Notes: a model not told the origin generated them from the letters alone. DNA of 64,000 nt from an uncultured Candidatus Binatia bacterium (GCA_965242525.1 OZ251459.1:448001-512000); one strand, 5' to 3'. Shown: positions 47,735 through 57,167, counted from the first letter of the stretch. Numbers and translations: made by a program.

Positions 47735-49213
47735 ATGGCGAGACCCCAGCGTAGGCAGGCGCCGGAACTGACGCCGTTCGACGACCTCCGGGCATGGCTC
47801 GGGCAGGTGGAGGGGATCGGCCAGTTGGAACGGGTCTCCGGGGCGCACTGGGACCTGGAGATCGGGGCCCTGAACGAGATCGTGTGCGAGCGGCTGCCGG
47901 CCCCGCCGGCGCTCCTGTTCGACCGGGTGGCCGGCCACCGCGGGGACGGGCGCGTGCTGGTCAACATGATGGAGACCATGGAGCGCACCGCGCTGACCCT
48001 CGACCTGCCCCTGGACCTCGGCGCCATCGAAGTCATCCACCGGCTGCGCACGCGGCTCGGACGGCTGGCGCCGGTGGAGCCCCGGGTGCTGGATACGGGT
48101 CCGGTGCTGGAGAACCGCCGCACGGGCAAGGACATCGACATCCTCCACGTCCCCGTGCCGCGCTGGCACTCGGGCGACGGCGGCCGCTACCTGGGCACCG
48201 CGCACCTGGTGGTCACCCGCGACCCGGAGACGGGGGCGGAGAACGTGGGCTGCTACCGGGTCATGGTCCACGAGCCGGACAAGGTGGCCCTCTACATCTC
48301 CCCGGGCAAGCACGGCCGCATGCACATGGAGAAGACCCTGCGGGCGGGCAAGCCGGTCCCGGTGGCCATGGCCTTCGGCCAGCATCCGCTGATGTTCGTG
48401 GCCGCGTCCCAGGCGGTGCCCCCGGGCATGAGCGAGTACGCCTGGGCGGGCGGGCTGGTGGGGCAGCCCCTGAGCGTCATCGAGGCCCCTCTCACCGGCC
48501 TGCGGGTGCCCGCGGCCGCGGAGATCGTCATCGAAGGGGAGATCGTTCCCGGCGACACCCGTCCCGAAGGTCCCTTCGGCGAGTGGACCGGCTACTACGC
48601 CAGCGCGCGCCGGGCCGAGCCGGTGGTGCAATTGAAGGCCCTCTACCACCGGGACGACCCCATCCTCACCGGGGCGCCGCCGTTCCGGCCCACGGTCCAC
48701 GGCATGTACCGCTCCATGCTGCGGTCGGCCATGATCTGGAACGGGGTGGAGCAGGGCGGCGTGCCGGACGTCCGCGGCGTCTATGTGCCGCCGCCGGCCC
48801 AGCGTTTCCTGATCGTGGTGGCGGTCCGGCAGCGCTACCCGGGCCACGCCAAGCAGGCGGCGCTCATGGCCGCCCAGTGCCACGCGGGCGCCTACCTCGG
48901 CCGCTACGTGGTGGTGGTGGACGACGACGTGGACATCACCAACCTCGACGAAGTGGTGTGGGCCATGTGCACGCGCTCGAACCCCGAGGAGTCCATCGAC
49001 ATCCTCCGCCGCACCTGGAGCGGCCCGCTGGACCCCATCATCCCCCGGGAGCGCAAGGGCCTGAACTCCCGCGCCATCATCGACGCAACCCGGCCTTTCG
49101 AGTGGAAGGAGCAGTTCCCCGCGGTGAGCCGCATGGACCCAGGGACCCGGGACCGGGTGTCCGCGGAGTGGAAGGACGAGCTCGACCGGGTGGTGCGGGG
49201 ACACCGGCGGTAG
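47735..49213 (+). CDS. UbiD-family (prFMN) decarboxylase
   Basis: DLRAWL, DGGRY, NVGCYR, EGPFGEWTGYY, VVVDDDVD, IIDAT. Confidence 0.92.
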   Translation: MARPQRRQAPELTPFDDLRAWLGQVEGIGQLERVSGAHWDLEIGALNEIVCERLPAPPALLFDRVAGHRGDGRVLVNMMETMERTALTLDLPLDLGAIEVIHRLRTRLGRLAPVEPRVLDTGPVLENRRTGKDIDILHVPVPRWHSGDGGRYLGTAHLVVTRDPETGAENVGCYRVMVHEPDKVALYISPGKHGRMHMEKTLRAGKPVPVAMAFGQHPLMFVAASQAVPPGMSEYAWAGGLVGQPLSVIEAPLTGLRVPAAAEIVIEGEIVPGDTRPEGPFGEWTGYYASARRAEPVVQLKALYHRDDPILTGAPPFRPTVHGMYRSMLRSAMIWNGVEQGGVPDVRGVYVPPPAQRFLIVVAVRQRYPGHAKQAALMAAQCHAGAYLGRYVVVVDDDVDITNLDEVVWAMCTRSNPEESIDILRRTWSGPLDPIIPRERKGLNSRAIIDATRPFEWKEQFPAVSRMDPGTRDRVSAEWKDELDRVVRGHRR

Positions 49214-49221
49214 CGGCCCCG

Positions 49222-50355
49222 GTGGACGGACCCCTGCGGCGGATCGTCCTGCTGGGCGTGGGGCACGCCAACGCCCACGTGCTGCGCATGTGGCGCCGGC
49301 AGCCCATCCCCGGCGCCCGGCTCGTGTGCGTCTCGAGCTTCCCCGTGGCCGCGTACTCGGGGATGTTGCCCGCGGTCCTGGCCGGCCAGTACCCCCCCGG
49401 AAGCCTGGAGATCGACCTCCGCGGCCTTGCCCGCGCCGCGGGCGCCGAGTTGGTGGCGGCCCCCGCCCGCGCCGTGGACCTGGGGGCGCGGCAGGTCCGC
49501 TTCGAGGGACGGGAGCCGGTGGGCTTCGATCTGCTGTCCGTGGGGGTGGGGTCGGTCCCGGCCGCCCCGGGCAGGGAGGCGTCCGGCGGCGCGCCGGTCC
49601 CGGTGAAGCCCATGCAGACCTTCGTCGCGCGGCTGCGCGAGCGCCTGCACGGGCTGCGCCCGCGGGGCGGCGACCCGGTGCGGGTGCTGGTGGTGGGCGG
49701 CGGCGTTGGCGGCATCGAGCTCGCCCTGTGCCTGCCCGGGTACGTGCGCCGGACCGCGGGCCCGTTGCGCCTGGGCCTGGTGGACGCGGGAGAGAGCGTC
49801 GGCGCCGGACTGTCGCCCGGGGCGCTGCGCAAGGTGGAGCGGCTGCTGCGGGCGAGGGGAGTGGAAGTGCTCACGGGCAAGCGGGTGGTCCGGGTCGCCC
49901 AGGGGGAGGCTGTGTGCGCCGACGGCCGCCGCATCCCCGCGGACGTGGTGGTGCTGGCCACTGCCGCGGCGCCTCCGCCCGTCCTGGAGAGCATGGCCCT
50001 GCCCAAGGACCCGAGGGGCTTCCTGCTCGTCCGGGACACCCTCCAGTCCACGGGCGCGGCCCACGTCTTCGCGGTGGGCGACAGCGCCACGCTGGCGGAG
50101 GGAGGCGCGCCCAAGGCCGGGGTCCATGCGGTGCGCCAGGGACCGGTGCTGTGGCGCAACCTTCGTTCGCTGGCGCGCGGCGAGCCCCTGGCCCGGTACG
50201 CGCCCCAGCCCGACTTCCTGCGGCTGCTCAACACGGGCGACGGCAAGGCGCTGCTGGACTACCGGGGATGGACGGCCCACGCCCGCTGGTGCTGGTGGTG
50301 GAAGCACCGCCTCGACAATCGTTTCGTGTCGCGTTTCCGGGTCTCCGGAGGCTGA
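49222..50355 (+). CDS. FAD-dependent pyridine nucleotide-disulfide oxidoreductase resembling the N-terminal domain of SelD fusions
   Basis: IVLLGVGHAN, YSGMLP, VVGGGVGGIE, VFAVGD, PKAGVHAVRQGP, W.WK..LD.RF. The GTG start is uncertain. Confidence 0.8.
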   Translation: MDGPLRRIVLLGVGHANAHVLRMWRRQPIPGARLVCVSSFPVAAYSGMLPAVLAGQYPPGSLEIDLRGLARAAGAELVAAPARAVDLGARQVRFEGREPVGFDLLSVGVGSVPAAPGREASGGAPVPVKPMQTFVARLRERLHGLRPRGGDPVRVLVVGGGVGGIELALCLPGYVRRTAGPLRLGLVDAGESVGAGLSPGALRKVERLLRARGVEVLTGKRVVRVAQGEAVCADGRRIPADVVVLATAAAPPPVLESMALPKDPRGFLLVRDTLQSTGAAHVFAVGDSATLAEGGAPKAGVHAVRQGPVLWRNLRSLARGEPLARYAPQPDFLRLLNTGDGKALLDYRGWTAHARWCWWWKHRLDNRFVSRFRVSGG

Positions 50356-50378
50356 CGCCCGCCCGGTTCACCGGGGCG

Positions 50379-51656
50379 CTACGGCGCCGACAGGTCGGTC
50401 GTCCGTTTCGGCGGCCGCACTCCCAGGCCGGTGGCGACGCCGGTCAGGGACGCGAGCAGGCTCGCCAGGAACATGACTTCGTAGGATCCCGTCAGGTCGT
50501 GCGCCAAGCCTCCCAGGAACGCGCCCAGCGCGCCCCCGGTATGGTGCACCCAGAGGATGGCGCCGGTGATGAGGCCGATGTTGCGGACGCCGTAGTAGTC
50601 GCCGGTCATGGCCGCGGCCAGCGGCGCGGTGGCCATCAGCGTGAACCCCATCAGCCACGCCGCCGCGGAGATGGCGGTTTCCCCGGAGGACAGGGCCAGC
50701 AGCGCGAAGGCGACCGCGCGCAGGAGGAACATGAAGGCCAGGGGGAGGGCGTGGCCCGCCTTCTCCACCAGGATCGGGAAGGTCAGCAGGCCCAGGGCGC
50801 TGAGCAGGCCGGCCACGCCCTGGACGTTCGAGGCGTGCTGGTTGGTGAGGCCCACGTCGGTGGCGAAGGGGATGAACTGGGTCAGGAAGAAGAAGTCGTG
50901 GAAGCCGCAGATGAAATAGCTCAGGGCCACGAAGAAGAATCCCCAGGAGCGGAAAGCCTCCCGGGGCGCGGTCTCCGTCGCGCGGAAGGAGGCCGGGGAC
51001 GCGAGGCCCCGGGCGGCCCGTCGATAGGGCGTCTGGGACACCTCCGCGGGCTCCTTCTTCATGACCGCCAGCGCGATGGGGAGCACCACCAGGCAGACCA
51101 GCAGCCCCAGGCCGACCCACGAGCCGCGCCAACCGTAGTGTGCGAGGGAGTACGCCAACCCCGGGACCACGATGAAGTGTCCGAAGGACGTGCCGGTGAT
51201 GGCGATGCCGCCCATGAGTCCCCGCAGGCTCCGGAACCACCGGGAGATGGTGGATGTGACCACGCCGATGGTGATCCCCGATATGCCCACCGCGGTGACG
51301 ACCCCGTAGTAGAGGTAGAGCTCCGGGAGCGATTGGGTGCGGGAGGTGAGCAGGAGGCCCGCGGCGGCCACCAGGGCCGAGACCGAGAAGAGCAGGCGGG
51401 GTCCGTACCGGTCCAGCAGCCTTCCCGCCACCATCTGCCCGAAGCCGAACACGAGCATGTTCAGGGTGTAGGCGAAGGTGACCGCGCTCCGGTCCCATCC
51501 GAACTCCGCGGCCAGCGGCTTGACCAGTATGCCGAAGGAGAAGCGCACCCCGCCGTCCACCACCAGGACGAGGAAGCCTCCCAGCAGGATGACCCAGCCG
51601 TAGAAGAACGGGTACGTGGACGGCGGACGGACCCGGTGCGGCGTCGGGGGTTGCAC
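50379..51656 (-). CDS. MFS transporter
   Basis: FFYGWVIL, GRLLDRYGPR, SRWF..RG; start codon uncertain. Confidence 0.88.
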   Translation of the reverse strand: MQPPTPHRVRPPSTYPFFYGWVILLGGFLVLVVDGGVRFSFGILVKPLAAEFGWDRSAVTFAYTLNMLVFGFGQMVAGRLLDRYGPRLLFSVSALVAAAGLLLTSRTQSLPELYLYYGVVTAVGISGITIGVVTSTISRWFRSLRGLMGGIAITGTSFGHFIVVPGLAYSLAHYGWRGSWVGLGLLVCLVVLPIALAVMKKEPAEVSQTPYRRAARGLASPASFRATETAPREAFRSWGFFFVALSYFICGFHDFFFLTQFIPFATDVGLTNQHASNVQGVAGLLSALGLLTFPILVEKAGHALPLAFMFLLRAVAFALLALSSGETAISAAAWLMGFTLMATAPLAAAMTGDYYGVRNIGLITGAILWVHHTGGALGAFLGGLAHDLTGSYEVMFLASLLASLTGVATGLGVRPPKRTTDLSAP

Positions 51657-51664
51657 TGCGGTGG

Positions 51665-52117
51665 TCAGAGCAGGGCGACCTCGTCGCCGGGCCGTATGAC
51701 GCCGCCCTTGACCACCAGCGCGCAGACGCCGCTCTTGCCCACGAGGGCCCGGGTGAGGCCCGGCTCGGTAATGGACTCGATGTAGGCGCACGGCGGCCGC
51801 GGCCGGTCGAAGGCCAGGACCGCTTCCCCCGCGCGAAAGGCGCGTCCCGCCAGGTCGGCAAGGCGGACGCCGCGGGTGACGATGTTGCGCCGGTGTTCGC
51901 CGTGGAGCACGCCCAGGCCCGAGGCGGCCGCTACCGCCTCCAGGTCCTCCGCCTCGATGAGGGTGACCTGGCACTCGTCCCACCCGCTGTAGTGGCCCAC
52001 CCGCTCGCAGTAGCGGTCGCCCTTGAGGCCCATGCTGGCCACGGCCTCCGCCTCATGGACTTTCTGCATGCGCGCGCCGCCTTCGGGCGCAACGTAGATC
52101 TCGTGAACCGTACCCAT
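51665..52117 (-). CDS. MOSC domain protein
   Basis: GLKGDRY, QVTLI, RRNIVTRG, PC, GVIRPGDEV. Confidence 0.88.
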   Translation of the reverse strand: MGTVHEIYVAPEGGARMQKVHEAEAVASMGLKGDRYCERVGHYSGWDECQVTLIEAEDLEAVAAASGLGVLHGEHRRNIVTRGVRLADLAGRAFRAGEAVLAFDRPRPPCAYIESITEPGLTRALVGKSGVCALVVKGGVIRPGDEVALL

Positions 52118-52377
52118 GCGGACTCCCGCGGCGGAGCGGCCCCGCCCGCCCAACCGGACAAGATCATCCGGCGGCCTTACGGTGGACACCCGCGCCAAGC
52201 GTGGCGTGGCGTCCCCGCCTACCCGAACGGACGAGGCCCTCGGCGTAGCGCGCCGAGTTGCTCGTTCGGCCCCATGTCCCGTTCAGGGTTAACGCCGGGT
52301 TTCCCGGTTTGTCAAGCGCGGTTGACTCGCGGGAACCCGGCTTCCGGAGGACGCGGACCCGATCATGGACTTTCGGG

Positions 52378-52580
52378 TTCCCGCGTGCGCGAGGGCCAGG
52401 GGTCTTCCCGCCTCGGCCCCGGGGTCGTCTTGCGCGGTTCCCCGCGTGCGCGGGGGCCAAGGTCGAGCGGCCGTCCGTCGCGTCCGGAGATCAGGCGGTT
52501 TCCCGCATATGCGGGAACCAAGGCGCGCCGTCATTCCCGCGAAAGCGGGAATCCACCGGATTCCCACGCAATCGAGGGCG
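52378..52580. repeat. Cluster of short palindromic TTCCCGC-N4-GCGGGAA (dRS3/REP-like) hairpins
   Basis: GTCATTCCCGCGAAAGCGGGAATCCA (52530-52555), TTCCCGCATATGCGGGAA (52500-52517), CCCCGCGTGCGCGGGG (52440-52455) and degenerate copies. Confidence 0.7.
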
Positions 52581-52630
52581 CAGGAAACCTCCGGTTGGCA
52601 ATCCTTGGCTCCCGGCTCTAAATTGGGGGC

Positions 52631-53290
52631 ATGGACATGGGCGCGGTTCTGCTCGTCATCCACATCGCCGCGGGTTCGGCGGCGCTGGCCGCGGCCGCGG
52701 CAGCGCTGCTCACGGTCAAGGGCGGCGCCCGTCACAAGGGGGCGGGGAGGGTCTATGCCGCGGCCATGGGACTGGTGGCGGTGACCGCGCTGCCGTTGGC
52801 CGTGGCCGCGTCGGACGCGCTGCTGTCGCTGGTGGCGGTGTTCAGTTTCTACCTCGTGTTCGCCGGCTGGCGCTTCGCCCGGAACGGCAGCGGGGTCCCG
52901 CAGGCGGTGGACTGGGCCGCGGTGGCGGTCATGGGACTCACCGGACTGGCCATGTGGAGCTACGGCGCCGCGCTCTTCGCGCAGGGCGACGGCCAATGGG
53001 TCACCATGGCCGTATTCGGGTTCATCGCGCTGGCGCTGGGCGCCGTGGACCTGCGCTACCACCGGACGCGGCCCCGGTCCGGCCGCCAACGCATCGCCCG
53101 GCACCTCACCAACATGCTGGCCGGGACCATCGCCACCGTCACCGCGGTGGTGGTGGTCAACTTCGACACCCGCCCGGCCTGGCTGGCCTGGATCCTCCCG
53201 ACCCTCCTGATCACGCCGCTCATCGTCTGGTGGAACTGGCGCGTCCGACGCGAGCCCCGGTGGGGTCCGCCCCCTCGACGGGAGCATTGA
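52631..53290 (+). CDS. DUF2306-like membrane protein
   Basis: HIAAG, KGGARHKGAGRVY, HLTNMLAGTIATVTA; about seven TM segments. Confidence 0.8.
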   Translation: MDMGAVLLVIHIAAGSAALAAAAAALLTVKGGARHKGAGRVYAAAMGLVAVTALPLAVAASDALLSLVAVFSFYLVFAGWRFARNGSGVPQAVDWAAVAVMGLTGLAMWSYGAALFAQGDGQWVTMAVFGFIALALGAVDLRYHRTRPRSGRQRIARHLTNMLAGTIATVTAVVVVNFDTRPAWLAWILPTLLITPLIVWWNWRVRREPRWGPPPRREH

Positions 53291-53402
53291 CGCAGGCTTG
53301 CGGCAAGCTACGGAACGCCAAGTTCCCGGGCAGTACTCCCGCGCCCGCGGGCGGCCTCGCGGGTTGCCGAACCGTCGGTCGCGCAAGCATCCGGTCGGGG
53401 AG

Positions 53403-55565
53403 TTACCAGACTACGCCCACGCCGCCGCGAACGCTCGCGTCGTCGCCGCTGGCAAGGGCTGCTCCCGCGTTGACGAACACGTGGCGCCCGACCCGGGCGC
53501 TCATGCCGATGGCCAGGGCCTGCTCGCTGCTGTAGTGGCCCGCGCCCACCCCGAGGAAGAACCGGTTGTCCCCCGGCACCACGTTGGGCAACGCGCTCAA
53601 CGCCGCCGACATGGCAGTGGCCTTGTTCAGACGGTCGCCGAGCGAGGTCATTCGCTGCTCCACTCCCGCCAACCGCCGGTCCATTCCGGACAGGTCACCG
53701 AAGTCCAGGGTGCGCAGGCGCACCGATCCGTCCCGGTTGGTGTCCTGCACCACCACCCGCCGCTGTTCTGCGGTTTCCGGCGCCTCGGGACCCGAACCGA
53801 TGGCGGGGGCCTTCTCGTAGTCGGCAGCGTCCGTCCGGGTCCCGAGGTCCCGGTTCAGGGGGGTCACCTCGGAGGAAAGCACTGCGGCGCCCCGCAGGGA
53901 GGCGCTCCGGGAAGGGGAGGCAGGGGAAGAGGTTGCGGCCTGTGTGGAGAGCCGCCCGTTGCTGTCCACGGTCACCACCCGGGTCCCTGAAGTGTGCTTG
54001 GCCAAGCCCGGCAACTCGTAGGTATGGTCATTGGTGCCGATGACCACCTTGTTCTGTCCGGCCGAAACTCCCGAACCGATGGCGATGCCCTTGTTCCCAG
54101 TAGCCGACGCGCCCTGGCCCAGAGCGATGCTTCCCGCGCCGGTAGCCCAGGCCGACCGGCCCAGGACGACACTGTTCTGGCCCCTAGCCTGAGCGTCGAC
54201 GCCCACGGCGACGCCGCCCGTGGTGACGGTCAACGCGACGACAGAAGAGAGTTTGCTATCGGTGAGACCCGAGACCGCATCCAGCGCGGTCACCTTATAG
54301 ACCTTATTCCCGATCCGAACATGGGTGGTGCTGCCGGTCCGGGTCGTGTCTTTCACATACGCATCTGCGTCGTCGTAGGTATTTCCCACCTTCACGGCGA
54401 GACCCCCAGAGCCGCCGGCCACCGCGCTTCTCCCGACAGCGACCGTGTAGTCACCGTGAGCGTGGGAGTCCTGGCCCACGGCGGTGCTGCGCGAGCCGCC
54501 GGCCTTGGCGGCCGCACCGAGGGCGGTGCTCCGTTCGCCGCTGGCTCGGCTCGTGCCGCCGACGGCTGTACTACCGTAGAGACCGGTTGCCCAGGACGAG
54601 TACCCGAGTGCCATGCTGGTACGGGTGGTGGCTCTGGACGAGGACCCGAGTGCCGTACTGGTGGGGGCGGTGGCTCCGGAACGGCTTCCCACTGCCGTGC
54701 CCCCGACTGTGTTAGCACCGTTGCCCAACGACACACCGCCATTAGCGTCAGCGCGCGCGCCCAAGGCGATGCCACCATTGGCTCGGGCGTTCCTTCCCAT
54801 TGCAATCGAAGTCCCGTCGGTGGCGTTGGCGTATGAGCCTATGGCTATGGCCTTCCAACCGGAGGCTTGGGATTGTTGGCCGATGGCGACGGCGCCGCGG
54901 CTCGTTGCGCTGGCTCCGACGCCGATGGCGGTGGCCCTGTACTCTGTTGCGCTGGCCCACTTGCCGATGGCCGTATTGTCCCCGGGGATCTCCGTTACAA
55001 GGCCTCGAAGGACTATCGAGCCGCCCAGAGGGGTCTCACTACGCGCTTTCTCGAGCTCGGTGACAAGGTATACGCCCTTATCCCCCTCAGGTTCCTCAAG
55101 GTAGGCATAGAGATAGGGGGGGTCGTTACGTTGGGTGGCTCTTTCCTGGGCGCGAATATAAGCCTGAGCATTACGATGCCGGTGGATCAGGTTGTCGCGC
55201 GTCAGGGTGTTGGTCTTATGGAACGCATCCAGGTGCCCCCGCCTAAGGGTGTAGGTGTATTCTGTGCCTGTGCTTGTGTCCGAATGTTTGATCTTGACAT
55301 AACCGTAGTCCGGACTATCGCCCGCCGGCTTTGCAATGTAGGCGGCGACGTCCTTGAATATCGGGATGTGGGTCGTGTCATTGGCGTCCTCTCCGAGCTT
55401 GACTGCCCAGGCCGGAGAGGCGGCGAAGCAGGAGAGGCCGAGCAGGACGGACAGGACACCCGCGGCAATGCGCCGGCGAGGTCGCAGGTGGGTTGGAGTT
55501 GGGAGGGGGATGCGGCGGTCAGGGGCTGCGCAGTCGGGATCATTCGTCATGGGTTCTGGATTCAT
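53403..55565 (-). CDS. Trimeric autotransporter adhesin (YadA-like)
   Basis: Extended signal peptide (AWA-V), many AIG/ALG/AVG head repeats, coiled-coil stalk, anchor ATAMSAAL...GVGVVW; AAGGAGG RBS before ATG 55565. Confidence 0.9.
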   Translation of the reverse strand: MNPEPMTNDPDCAAPDRRIPLPTPTHLRPRRRIAAGVLSVLLGLSCFAASPAWAVKLGEDANDTTHIPIFKDVAAYIAKPAGDSPDYGYVKIKHSDTSTGTEYTYTLRRGHLDAFHKTNTLTRDNLIHRHRNAQAYIRAQERATQRNDPPYLYAYLEEPEGDKGVYLVTELEKARSETPLGGSIVLRGLVTEIPGDNTAIGKWASATEYRATAIGVGASATSRGAVAIGQQSQASGWKAIAIGSYANATDGTSIAMGRNARANGGIALGARADANGGVSLGNGANTVGGTAVGSRSGATAPTSTALGSSSRATTRTSMALGYSSWATGLYGSTAVGGTSRASGERSTALGAAAKAGGSRSTAVGQDSHAHGDYTVAVGRSAVAGGSGGLAVKVGNTYDDADAYVKDTTRTGSTTHVRIGNKVYKVTALDAVSGLTDSKLSSVVALTVTTGGVAVGVDAQARGQNSVVLGRSAWATGAGSIALGQGASATGNKGIAIGSGVSAGQNKVVIGTNDHTYELPGLAKHTSGTRVVTVDSNGRLSTQAATSSPASPSRSASLRGAAVLSSEVTPLNRDLGTRTDAADYEKAPAIGSGPEAPETAEQRRVVVQDTNRDGSVRLRTLDFGDLSGMDRRLAGVEQRMTSLGDRLNKATAMSAALSALPNVVPGDNRFFLGVGAGHYSSEQALAIGMSARVGRHVFVNAGAALASGDDASVRGGVGVVW

Positions 55566-55631
55566 GGTTTCCTCCTTTTCGGAACACCTGGGTTTGTTCG
55601 AGACCTCTTGCATGAAGCGGGTCTCTTTCCG

Positions 55632-55691
55632 TTACTGGCAACCACGATTCTCCGGCTCCAGTGAACGGCGACGCCTCCTGATTTCGTTCAT
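55632..55691 (-). CDS. Putative 19-aa upstream peptide MNEIRRRRRSLEPENRGCQ
   Basis: Strong GGAGGTGA RBS before ATG 55691; five consecutive Arg codons starting AGG AGG. Confidence 0.4.
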   Translation of the reverse strand: MNEIRRRRRSLEPENRGCQ

Positions 55692-55929
55692 GGTGTCACC
55701 TCCGTCGTATGTTGTTGCGAAAGGCGCCCTTGAGAATGGAATACAGAGGTCCGGCCCGGGTTCGGCGCCGGGACCGGGACCGGGGCGCGGAACCGGAGGT
55801 CGGACGGAGTCCGGGTTCGGAACGGAGCGGGACGAGGGCCGGAAAGCATCGGCCCGGCAGATGGATAAGAGGGGAAAGGGTAGAAAAAACCCTTGTAAGT
55901 CGAACGGTTAGAGGATTTCCGGAAAATCT

Positions 55930-55956
55930 GGGGGGGGGGGGGGGGGGGGGGGGGGG
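55930..55956. repeat. G27 homopolymer (C27 on the adhesin strand)
   Basis: 27 consecutive G, about 365 nt upstream of the adhesin start. Confidence 0.9.
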
Positions 55957-56291
55957 TGCCTCTCGTGGAGAGTCCTACGGTCTTGTGCGGGAATGATCTT
56001 CGAACCTGTCATGGGTTCCGGTCGGGTTACGGTCAACCGACCTGAGCTTGCCGGGAGCATCTACACACAAATCCCGGCGGGTGTCAAGGGGAGATTCGGC
56101 CCATGTGGGTCAGCGCAAGGTGACCCGGTATCGAGCGCCAGGAGGAACAGGACTTTATCCACCGGAATCGGCCCAAGTCTTCGATATCCGGTTCGCGGAA
56201 CGCGCGGAATCGCTCCGGCTTCAGACTGTGGATCTCGATGGGCATGGCGTTCTCCTTGCGGCGTCCCCGCGGCCCGGCGCCGTCCGTTGGG

Positions 56292-57167
56292 TCAGGGTTG
56301 GCCCGGGTCCGCGTAGTAGTGCTCGTAGTACCAGTCGGCGATCTCGCTTCCGGTGGCGCGCCAGACGCCTTCGTGGCCGCAGATGTATTCCAGGGCGAGG
56401 TCCAGGTACCGGATGCGGAGGGGGACGCCGATGATGAAGGGGTGGAGGGGGAGAGCCATGACGACGCCGTTGCGCTCGCCGTCCCGGTAGAGCACGTCGA
56501 ACTGGTCGCAGACCTGCCGGAAGTACTCCCGCGGCGTGTAGTGGGAGCGCAGGAAGAAGTTGATGTCGTTGAGGCCCTGCTCGTAAGGCATGGCGATCAT
56601 GCGCCCGCTCCGCACCCGCATGGCCACCGGCTGGTCGTCGAAGCCCCAGTCGCACAGGTAGTCGAAGCCCTCGGCCGCCAAGTGGTCGGGGGTGTCGAAG
56701 GTCTCGGCCAGGGCGGGTCCGAGCCAGCCCCGGGGCGCCTGTCCCGTGGCCGCGGCGATGTCGTTCCGCACCTGCCGGATCACGGAGCGCTCCTCTTCCG
56801 GGGGATAGTCGGTCAGGGGCCGGTTGTTGGTGACGCCGTGCCCCAGCCATTCCCAGCCCCGTTCGTTGCCCTCCTCGATGATCTCCGGGTGGTGGGCGCA
56901 GACCTCGGAGTTCAACTGGGCGCTGGCCCGGACGCCGTGCCTGTCCAGCACCTCCATCATCCGGAAGACGCCCACCCGCGCGCCGTAGTCGCGCTGGGCG
57001 TAGCTGCGCACGTCCGGCGCCTTGGACAGCCCGAAGTTGGGTATGGTCCGGTCGATGTGGAAGTACTCGATGTTGGGGCTCACCCAAAGGGCGAGCCTTG
57101 CGTCGTCGGGCCACCGGAGTGGCGGCCGCGTGACGATGGGTCGATAGTCGTAACGGCGGTTCTCCAT
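56292..57167 (-). CDS. Polysaccharide deacetylase (PuuE-like CE4) family protein
   Basis: WP..ARLALW..PNIE, RDYGARVGVFR, WLGHG, GWLGP, DDQP, LPLHPF. Confidence 0.88.
   Translation of the reverse strand: MENRRYDYRPIVTRPPLRWPDDARLALWVSPNIEYFHIDRTIPNFGLSKAPDVRSYAQRDYGARVGVFRMMEVLDRHGVRASAQLNSEVCAHHPEIIEEGNERGWEWLGHGVTNNRPLTDYPPEEERSVIRQVRNDIAAATGQAPRGWLGPALAETFDTPDHLAAEGFDYLCDWGFDDQPVAMRVRSGRMIAMPYEQGLNDINFFLRSHYTPREYFRQVCDQFDVLYRDGERNGVVMALPLHPFIIGVPLRIRYLDLALEYICGHEGVWRATGSEIADWYYEHYYADPGQP

Noticed and set aside
47794-50355. 853-aa protein as given by the ORF track
   Set aside because: The N-terminal part overlaps the UbiD gene out of frame; only about 49222 onward carries flavoprotein motifs.
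55750-55850. GG-rich short repeats as a G-quadruplex element
   Set aside because: Mostly GG/GGG runs in a very GC-rich genome; better treated as the C-rich leader of the adhesin transcript.
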